A DNA stretch of 64,000 nt from Podarcis vaucheri (taxonomy: Eukaryota). The notes beneath the pieces are model-generated. The model ran no database searches. It saw only the letters and a program-made list of their open reading frames with translations, and was not told where the DNA came from. Below, piece by piece: positions 13,001 to 23,601 of this stretch (positions are counted from its first letter, which is position 1; each line of letters begins with the position of its first letter). The DNA lies in NCBI GenBank assembly GCA_965113315.1, contig OZ220363.1; one strand, written 5' to 3'. A program made the translations under genes and the position numbers.

Positions 13001-16000
13001 CCTTTCAGTATAGCAGGAGGGAGGCCTTCAGGAAGTCCCAGGGGGACATGATGAGAGATGAAACCAAGAAGCCACAGAGTCACACTTATTGGTGTAAAGT
13101 GCTGGGCCAACTATTGACACTTTTCAAGTTGTGCGAAGAGCAGGCAGACACTGATGCCCCCAGTGCCGCATGTCAAACTGCGAAGAGGAGTGATTCAAAA
13201 TGAGAACGAAAATCTCCTTCATTAAGTGACGCTCGGAAACCAAGAAAGTTAACAAAACGTATAAATGGAACAATTTTATTCTGAATGGCCGACAGTCATA
13301 ATTGTACTGTGTCAGTGGTTCCCACAGACGGCTTCAAAATCACTGAGAGTCCTGGCACAACACTTTTCTTGTCAATTGTAGCAACTGTCATGCTAGATGC
13401 TGTATGATTTTTTAATTGCACTTTTATTGCTGCTTTTATTTCTTGCTTTGTATTTTGCTCTAGCATTCCATTAACATGGTCAGATAAAGACATGAAAGAA
13501 TGGCAACAGGTTATTAATTAATTTATCTGACACAATAAAAAAATCCACAGCTGAGTGCTGTGGCAGCGTACAGACAGGGGTTCTGGCTGCCCTGTTTCAG
13601 TTGCCTCCTCCCCCTCCCACGTCAGGATTTTCCTGCTCACCTTCATTCCCACGTTTTGACTGTCTCTTTCTCTTTTTTTGCTGCTTCCTCTTCCTCTCAC
13701 TCTTGTCTTTCATGCTGCTAATCCTCTCTACTCCTTTCAAGTGCCTTCTCCTCCCATCACTTAAGCTCCTTCCCACTCAACTTTTGGTTGGACCACCAGT
13801 TCCTCAGAAGGATGGAGCAGCTGCTGAGCCCGCCTTTCACAGCTGCCACGCCCGCCATTCTTTGGACTACCTGTTCAAAGCTTGCTGACCATGATGGTCT
13901 ACAGACCGCAGTTTGGGAACCTTTGTCTGTGTGTTTACTGGTAGTTTGAATTGCTTCTTGTTGTTAAAACAGGGGAAATTTTTTTTTTTTAAAAAAAAAA
14001 CCTGATAGGTGAAAAGTGTTTGCCAAGCCCAAGAGCAACAGGCTTGTGCATCGGACAAAGGAGATAATTTATTCTGTTTTCCTGACATTTCCATAATTGT
14101 TTTATTTCTGCATTGTATTTCTGCCTTCAAGTGACGTAAACGAGCAAGTAACATGGAAATGAGTGCCGGACTTGTGCTATATTCCGCTATATTTCTAGAA
14201 GCAGCTAGCTAGGGAAATGCTGGGAAAGTGGAATACAGTGATATCTTGGTTTACGAACTTAATCTGTTCCGGAAGTCCGTTCTTAAACGAAAGCATTCTT
14301 AAACCAAGGCGTGCTTTTCCATAGCAGCGGGGGACTCAATTTACAAACGGAACACACTTAGCAGGAAGCGAAACATGTTCTTATTCCAAGGCAAAGTTCA
14401 CAAACCAAAACACCTACTTCCAGGTTTGCAGCGGTCTTAACCCAAGTCGTTCATAAACTAAGCTGGTCTTAAATCAAGGTACCACTGTAAACTGCTGTGT
14501 GAATGCAGCCAGTGCCTCTCTTTAACATGTCCAAGATTTGCTAGCCCTATTCCTGACCCAGCTTGTAAGCCTTCCCCAAGCTTTGTGCCCCAGTCCTGTT
14601 GATTTCCTTGTCACTGGGCTTCTTCAGTGGTCTCAGCATTAGAGCTGGAAGTCAGCCCAAGCTTTGTGCCCCGGGCAGGCACTATATCTTGATGGAATGT
14701 CTCTTTGGACAGCGATGCATCCAGACTCATTGCCTTTTTCTTGTGTCCTCTCACAGCCCTTCTCCAAGACTGCCACAGAATATGTGCAGAGCCGCCTCAG
14801 CAAGAAGCAAGTGCCGCCTGACCTGTTCCAGGTAAATCCCTCCCCATCGACTAGACCCTTGGGCTCATCCAATCTCGAATCTCATTTGCCCCAAGACTGG
14901 ATGCACTTGCATTGGTAGACAGGGGCTGATGGAGCATGAACTCTGGCCCATTGCAACCAATTTCTTCTTAGCCTGTACAAGTGTCCCCACAGCAGGGGGG
15001 GGGGGACCTCTTTTCCTATAACATTGCCAAACCCAAAGAAATGCAGACTCCATTTCCTTACAGCACTTGCTGTTGAGAATCTTATGGGGATTTCCACATC
15101 ACTGAGTCCCGCAGGGGCCATGCGGATGAGAACGGGGACCAGTGGGTGGAAAGCTTTAATGGGTAGGTTTTTGGCATTCATTCCTCTCTGTCCACTCTTC
15201 TGCCAGCCATACATTGAGGAGATCTGCGAGTGTCTGCGTGGGACTATCTTCCAGAGGTTCATTGAGAGGTGAGTGCTGAGGACTACAGGCTGTCCACAAG
15301 CAGAACCTGCAGCACCATGTTGCAGCATGGTATGCTCCTGTTTAAGGGGCCAGCCACACCTTTTCCAATACACTCCATTCCATTCCCCTTCCCCCTTGTG
15401 CATGGCGAAGCTTGAAAGAAGACGGGACAGTGCCTTTGAAGTTTGCAGATTTTCTTGGAAGTAAGCCCCTTTGAGCACCATGGAATTTCCTTCTGAGCAA
15501 AAAAGCCTAGAATCAAGCGAAGCAGGAGCGAGTTCTGTAGATGGAAAGAAGGCTCACTTCTGAGTTAAGCCTGCGTAGGGTTGTCTTGAAGGCAGGATGG
15601 AAGTTATATGTATGTGAATGTTCCCTGTATTTTCCCTTTCCCCTCCCTACACCGAGTGCTTCCTTCCCATAATACTGGGGTATAGGAGTCTCTGTTAAGG
15701 GGGCGGGGGGGTGTTATTAGACTTGGAAGAGTTCTGGCACAGGGATTTGAGGAGGGGTCCTTTGAAAGTGGTGATACCCAGGGTTTGTGTTCCATGGCCT
15801 GTGTGTTCTTTCTCTCATTTCTTCTCCCGTCTGTTCTGTTTTAGTGACAAGTTCACACGCTTCTCCCAGTGGAAGAATGTGGAGCTCAACATCCATGTGA
15901 GTGCCTGAGGAGGGAGGGCATTCCTGAGAGCTGCAGCGATAAAAAAAGAGCTGTCAAAAGACACTAAGCATGGACCTGCCTGCAGCCACATTGTTGCAGA

Positions 16001-19000
16001 ATGGCAAAGTGTATAGGATTTGCAAAGTTGCTGGTTGTGTAGTTGGTGGGAGGTTGGTGGTGTGTGGGGGACTAATCCCTGCCTCAGGAAGTTCACCGAT
16101 TTAGTAGCTTCAGGGAAAACCAGGATTACGATCATCTTCACTGGGTAAATGAAATGGGAGAATTTGAGGGTTTTTTTGTCCATCATGAGAGCTTGAGAAG
16201 CAAGCCCAGTTTTGGCTCCCCAATAATCCGAGAGCAACTACCCCTAACATGGGATCCTCTGTACAATTCCCATCAGCCTCAGCCGGCACAGCCCCATCTG
16301 CAGAACCTCAGGCTGGCGAAAGCTTTCCTAGTGCTACCCACATGTGACACAAAATAACCTTGGATCATAATTTGAAAGCAGGATGTGAGGAAAGGTCACT
16401 GTGGGTGAGAGGAGTGCCTGTGGAAGGCTATTCCTTTCTATGATGGGTAGACCCAGACTCCTGAAAGGGTAAAGGTGTTGCCAGCAACATGTTAACACTC
16501 TTGGTCTTGCTCTCCTCCCCCCCCCCCATCATGTTTGTTCATGCTCTCTGCCTTGTGGGACCCAGCTGACCATGAATGACTTCAGCGTCCACCGGATCAT
16601 CGGGCGTGGCGGCTTTGGCGAGGTCTACGGCTGCCGGAAAGCAGACACGGGCAAAATGTAACGTTTCAAGTTTGGTTTGTCAAATTAGTATTCCAACAAT
16701 TATCTAGGAGCCCAAGGTTGGTTAAGGAGACAGAGGAGGTTGCCATGTGGCCTTTGGCCACTGTCTTTTAGCCTAGCTTTGCTCCACATCATTGCTATGA
16801 AGCTATATGAAGTATTTACACATGGAAATGAAAAATGATATTATCCATCATTCTCTTTTGGTTTGTAATGGCCGTGTTGGTCCTGGAGAACCAGGATGGT
16901 ACCCTCTGATATCTCAGCTCCCAGCCAGCCCTGCTGCTCCCTGTAACCAGCCTAAGTAGGCTTCTACTCACTGCCTGAGCCTCAAATGCAAACATAGCTT
17001 CCCAAGGGCCTTTCCCCAACTTGACTTTATTTTCTGGGGTACCAGATTGGTGCCTGCGCTAAACTCAGATTCTTCCAATGCACGTATGAAATGTTAGGAA
17101 ACACAGTTTCTGCCTTCGTAGAGTCAGTGTCTCAGATTTTATTCTTTATTTACTGAGGTTTTGAGGTAGCTAACAGCAAAATGGAGCAAAGCCATTGAGT
17201 GTCATCTTAAAACAATATAATGAAAACAGCAGCAGCATTCATAAAGCAAAACTAGCACCCAGTCAAACAAGAGGGGAAGCAGATATCATTAAAAAGTGGG
17301 TCAGATACAATAAGGACGGCTTTAATCCAGGTGTTTATTGCTTAGGGGGTGGCAGGTTCAGAGAATCATAGGGCTAGATCCAGAGTAAGTCAATTACATT
17401 GAAGCCCCATTGACATAAATGTGAAAAAATTAGTCATGACTTAGGGCTCATCCAGACTTTGCTTGTCCCGCTGCTTTCACCCAGGAAAACCTGATCTTAT
17501 TTCTGAATTGGAGCAAACGCCAAAAAAACCTGGATGAATCAGGTTTTCTGCGGATTAATGTTTGCTCCAATTCAGTGCTAAAGAACCAAGTTTTCCTGGG
17601 CAAATGGAAAATTGCTCAGACCTGTGCTTTATAGGCAGGGAAGTGTGGACAAGCCCTGGGTGAAGTCCCACTGATTCCAATGGGAACTGGGCTTGTCTGT
17701 CTTGTTCTGGATCCAGCCCATCAAATGTTAGTGTTGAAAAGAGGCCATCTCACCAAGGTCCCCAGCTCAACCCAAGAACCTTACAATGCAGAATCTACTA
17801 ACTGGCATACTTGGCAGTTCAGCCTTTGTTTCAATACCCCAAGTGCAGGAGAGTCCACCCACCTTCTCATATAGGGGGAGCACAGTGAACATTAGCAGAC
17901 ATCCCAGGGACATCTGTGGTAAATCTCCTCTGTGGGAAACCAAAGAAGTGTTGGGGGGAGTTTAGTCATAGCAGGTGACTCAGGACTCAGATGGGGGTCG
18001 TGATGAGTGTAATTAAGGAAGTGCCAAGTGGAATGAGTTGGGTAGGTTTCCACAAAGGAGGCGCACAGGCTGTTCTGCGTGCAGGGATATTGGCAGGGGC
18101 GATTCCCTGGGAAGCAGCAAGACCTGGCGAGAGCAACACCGCAGGGTTGCAGCCTCTTCTTTCTCCTTTTGCAGGTATGCCATGAAATGTCTGGATAAGA
18201 AGCGCATTAAGATGAAGCAGGGGGAGACATTGGCCCTGAACGAGCGCATCATGCTCTCGCTTGTCAGCACCGGGGTGAGTCTGGCTACATTGAGCAGTTG
18301 GGGGTTGGGAGGCAGAGAGTAGGCCAGACCCGGAGTCTGCCCAGTCCAACAGGGAGGGGAAAGAGATCTGTCAAGTGGGCAGATGCGAATGCTTGGGCTC
18401 CTGTATTGTGCTTGCAATCAAAGCTATGATAATGCCGGTATAGACATGGCAGGTATTTTGAAGCACACACTGGTAATTAAAGGCAGGGGGGAGGGATGAC
18501 GGTGATGAAGTGTGCTGGAGGTGGCATTGAGCATGTGGCTGGGAGTGTGATGCCTGCAGTAAACTAGCAGCAGGGCTGGGATGTGTGTAGGCAGCGCAGC
18601 GAATTATTATGCGCACAGAAGGGGAGGGGAGGCAGTTCAATGTGCGCAACGGCAGGAGGAGGGCAGGAGGGGAAGAGAGAGGGGCAGGGCGGGGGCTCCG
18701 TGCGCAAGGGGCATGGGGGAAGACGGGAGACCACCATAGGGTTTGCGTGGGTGGGGGAGGTGGGGCAAAGGCGCCAACAGGCGACGTGATGGCTGTGTAG
18801 GAGTCGGTGCAAAACCCACGGCAGAAAATGGGGGGCGGGAGCGAGGGGTTAATGGAAGAGCTGGCAGAGGGAAGGAGGCAGTGGCGACGTGTGAGGCAAG
18901 AGGCCGAGGGCCCTGTTGAGCAATCAGTTCCCCCACGGTTATCAGATGCAAGCGTGCTCCTGTGTGTAGGGGAACTGTGGTAGGAAGCATGCATGTGCGA

Positions 19001-22000
19001 GGCATGATTCTGAGAGCGCAGAAGGGAAATGTGGAGCTTTCAGGAAGGCCTGTGGATTCCGGGTGTGAGCAGAACGTAGAGCGAGGGAACTCGTTCACGC
19101 ACATGTGCATGCAGACTTGGTGATTCATTTATGTATTTTCCCCCCTCTCTTTTTTCCCTGCTGTGACTTGGTTCCTCGTGTCTCTGCCAGGATTGCCCCT
19201 TCATCGTGTGCATGTCGTATGCCTTCCAAACACCTGACAAGCTCAGCTTCATCCTGGACCTCATGAATGGTGAGAGCCAGAACCCAGCCTGTAGAGAGCC
19301 TCTGCCTCCCCCCTCCCCTCCCCTCACATGCTTCTCAAAGGGATCCACACACAGAGGCGTCCCTGCCTCACCACTACTCCCCTCTGCCGATACTCAGGTT
19401 GTGTGCCTCACATGGCTGTCTGCTCCGTTTCCTGCAGGGGGTGACCTACATTACCACCTCTCCCAGCATGGGGTCTTCTCCGAGGCAGAGATGCGCTTCT
19501 ACGCAGCAGAGATCATCCTGGGGCTGGAACACATGCACAACCGCTTCGTGGTGTATCGCGACCTCAAGGTGAGCACACGCCCCGCCCCCCCCGAGTGCTG
19601 CATCGTTCAGCATCCTTTATCTAGATGTTTGTATGTCGCCTGTCAGGGCTATGCAGCCCTTTTGAGGCCATGGGTGTCGTCGAACAATTAATTAATTAAT
19701 TGCAGCATTTATTCCCTGCCTTCCCTCCAATGAGTTCTAGGGGACTTACATGCTTCCTCCCCCCCCCCCCGCTCCCCATTTTACCCTCGCAGCAACCCTG
19801 TGAGGTAGGAGAGAGAGAGAGAGAGACTGACTGGCCCAAGGTCACCCAGCAAGCTTCATGGCTGTGTGGGTTGGGATTTGAACTTTCCCCCCCACCTTTT
19901 GACAACTATGCCAAGCCAAGCTACACCAGGTTAAAAGAATAAAATTCAAAGAAGTCTAAAAACCTGGTTTTAAAATGGAGAGAGAAAAACCTCACCATAG
20001 GCTTCTCTTTCCACAAAGAGAGGCAATTTCTGCCTTCAGCGTGGGGTCCCTCGGTGTTGCACCCGCACCCACTGAAAAGAGAGTTCTCTAGTGCACTCTG
20101 ACTTCGTGGCAACTGCCTCTTACCCAGAGCCGTGCTTCCTCCTCCTCCGCCTTAGAAGCCAGTGCTGTGCTGTGTGCCATGAGTCGTTCAGGGTGGCAGC
20201 ATTCCTCACTGGGGAATATCGGGATCTCAAGTTCTAACATCTATTTCAGAAAATGTGAGGCTTGAAAGTGTTTTTTATTTTACTGAAGGAGATTGTTGCC
20301 TTGATGGAAGTGCACTCCCACTCAAAATGCCTTGGGATTTGGCACTGTGGGTTATCAAAGCTACTTTTGACAACCCACTCGTCACCGTTGCAGGGCGGGA
20401 TCTTGCGAGGTTGCTTGTCTTTTCCGTATCATGACCTTACTATGCCGCTCTTCAAAATTAAGCATACCCGCTGTAGGAATTGCTCCCTCTGTTTCATCGG
20501 TGCTGCTTCAGAGGCCCAGGCCAAAGGATGAAGGAGGAGGGTTTATTCTCTCCCCTACTTTCCCCAGCAAATCCTCTCTCCCCCCTAGCTGCCATTCATT
20601 GCTGCTCTTGTTCCCCCTACAGCCAGCCAACATCTTGCTAGATGAGTTTGGCCATGTGCGCATCTCGGATCTGGGGCTCGCCTGTGATTTCTCCAAGAAG
20701 AAGCCTCATGCCAGCGTGTGAGTATCAGACAGGAATCTAATCCTCGGCCAGCAGCTCCGTTCTCTGTATGTAGACCTAAAGCTGCTCTCATCCAAGGGTC
20801 TTGATAAATGTCAGAACACCTTTTCCCCTTCTCCCTCAGCTGCAGGGTGAGCTACTGGAAGTTCCTCCACTGTTGCTTCGTCTAGCTTTTTATAGGTGTT
20901 AATTCCTGTATCACAATATCACTTGTTCAACATCCACTCATTGGGACATTTGCCCTAAGGCCTCTGTCCAGTAATGGAGACCCAAAATATGGACCGCAAA
21001 ACTGGAACCTACAGATTACAGGCCTCAGATTCCGGTAGTGGATTCATCTGCAAAGGGGCTTTCTGATTCTGGGGTGTGTGAGATAGAACAAGCTAGTTCA
21101 GTCCCAATGCCCAGCTTGCACAGGAGCGAATGTCTTTATGTGATCACTTGTTCTTGGGAGATGCCGGTGTTGCAAGGAAAATGGCCCCTCTCTAACTTTT
21201 TCTGCTTGGAACCATTCGTATTTTGTGGGGAGGCAATTCCTACAGGCCACAACTGTGGTTTAAAGGGGCATTGTAAGGAGGAATTAGTACCTGCCTCCAT
21301 TTGCAAGCACATGCGTACCCATATTCATAAGCGAATGCTTCTCCCACGTGAATGTGTGTATTTCGTAAGTGTACATAGATCTATTTGCCACTGGCCTGGG
21401 TGTTTATTTTTCCTGTATGTTTATTTTTCGAAAAGGATTCCTTACCCATTGACCTGTCCCTGCTGAGCCGCCCCCCCTCCCGACAGGTGCTGTGCTGTCT
21501 TTTGTAACTCTCAGTTTCCCTCCATCCCTGCAGTGGCACACATGGGTACATGGCGCCAGAGGTGCTGCAGAAGGGCGTTGCCTATGACAGCAGTGCTGAC
21601 TGGTTCTCTCTAGGCTGCATGCTCTTCAAACTACTGAGGGGGTAAGTGGGGGAGAGCCAAGGTGGAGAAGAGTTTGCAGGGATGGGGATGAGAAGGAGGT
21701 CTAGCTGGCAGAGGGAGCCGTGGTTGAATTCAGAGGGTGCTGGGTTGGATTGATTGCAATGGGAATGGCAAGAATTGGGGGGGAAACGCCCTGAGATCTA
21801 CAGGCATTGGGCGCTATACAAATTTAATTAATTAATTATAATCATAATAAAGAAGTGTTAGGGGGTGCCTGTGAGGCCTGAGTCTCCTTCTGACGCTCTC
21901 CTGGCTCTTCTTCTCAGGCATAGCCCCTTTCGGCAACACAAGACTAAAGACAAGCATGAGATTGACCGCATGACGCTCACTATGGTAAGGAAATGTTGTC

Positions 22001-23566
22001 AAGCTCAGTCAGGGATCAGCCTGGATCCCAAAGCTTCCAGGTGCTGAATTGTTCGCCTCTTGCCCCTTGGGTCTCCGAAATTTCAGATCTTCCCTTTGCC
22101 AGTCATCAGAGTTATACCCACGCTTTGCAGAGCCTGGCTGACCTATACTACATGTCAACTTGCCAGTTTCATGTGGACTTAGTACATATTCCCAAATAGA
22201 TTCAGCATTTTGACATGAGGTTTTTCCTGTGCTGAACCCCCATTATTCTCCCTCGAAGTCAAATATCCCTACACTTCAGACCGGGTCCGTTTCCGTGAGT
22301 TCCAGCACCCTCTGTTTGGTTAGCTGGGTGGCTCAGTGTGCGCATTTGTGTGAGGGAAGGAGGGAAATGGGTACGCAGAATTAAATTTCCCACTATTACT
22401 GTAAGTTATGCTACTGCCTGAAGAACATGAATAGATCAGGGACCTTCTATTTTTAGCACCGCACAGACAAATCACAAAGAAATTCCCTTCCCTAGAGAAC
22501 GTGCAGAGACTGTAAGCAGATGCAGTTTGGTTGAACTCAACAATTACTGTTTGGCAAGGCAAGCAGCACAACTCTTGCCAAGGTGTCAGGCTGCTAAGCA
22601 GTGTCAGGCAAAGGTGCCATTAGAAATTTCTGGGCTGGGCATAAAAATGCTTTGTGCCAGTCCGGGGTGCGGCTGTCGGGAAAAGGCCCTTCCTCCATGC
22701 CTTTGGTGTACAGCTGTGGCGTGGCTGCAACTATTTGCTGTTGAGGTTAATTCAGGGCATGACTTATACAAAGTGTGTGGCAGGGGTGGGGTTCTCTCTT
22801 CATTTAGCAAAAGTTTATGGGTGGTTCTGAGGACTGCTGCTGCAGCTGCTGTTTCTAGAAAGTCCTAGATTTCGATTCTTCTTCCAGCAGAGCTCATGTG
22901 TATCACCCTAGATTTCCGTGAGGGTGTAGGATCCCTCCCACAGCCCTTTTTGCACACACTAGAACCGGGTAGTGCCGACAGCGAGGGGAAGAGGGAGACA
23001 ATACTGATCATCATGACAGACTCGGGTTTCGATGCATCCGCTGCCTAACTGTTTGACAGGCTTTTTGAGGCCTCATGGTGAGATGGGAGGGAGCTGAATG
23101 GGGTTTAAGGTGCATAAGAGGCAGCTTTGGATGTTTGCAATAGCCAAGCCACTTTTATCGTGCAAGGCAAGTTGTGGAGAAATTGTGCTTGTGGGCAAAC
23201 TTAAAATAGGTGGGCAATTAAGATAGCTATTTTCAGATCCGTGCATGCAGTGATGGAGGAAGGGGGCGCAGGGAGTGCGGTTCACCCTGGGTGTCATCGG
23301 GGTGTGTGTGTGTGTGACAAAACAGGTTTTTTAAAAAATTGGGCTCATGAAACTTTTTAGGAGTGACGTGGTGGCTTAGGCGCCTGCAGGTTCTGCGCTG
23401 CGTGAAACGGCAGCGTGGGACTTGCCTCTGCCTACTGCCTTTCCCTCAGCCGCCCTACAGCTGAGGGGGAGGTGGTGGAGAGGTTCCAAGCGTTGGAGAT
23501 GCTTGTCCCGCCCCCGGCTGCAGAACACGCCCCCACACCAGGCACCCGAGCAGCTAGCTATGCCGC

Positions 23567-23601
<35 letters not shown>

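Noticed and set aside
15024-15206. In-frame intronic ATGs upstream of GRK2 exon 6 (possible alternative N-terminus)
   Set aside because: No promoter features are present, and a short open stretch is expected by chance.
6995-15268. GRK3-like residues in the RH domain (FDKIF, KIGFLLF, SRQI, ELLSCSH) suggesting GRK3 or a chimera
   Set aside because: The kinase domain, PH domain, C-tail and synteny indicate GRK2; these are most simply ancestral residues that changed in mammalian GRK2.
18371-19128. 207-aa and 163-aa antisense ORFs in intron 9
   Set aside because: Pro/Ser-rich translations of a C-rich strand with no recognisable domain.
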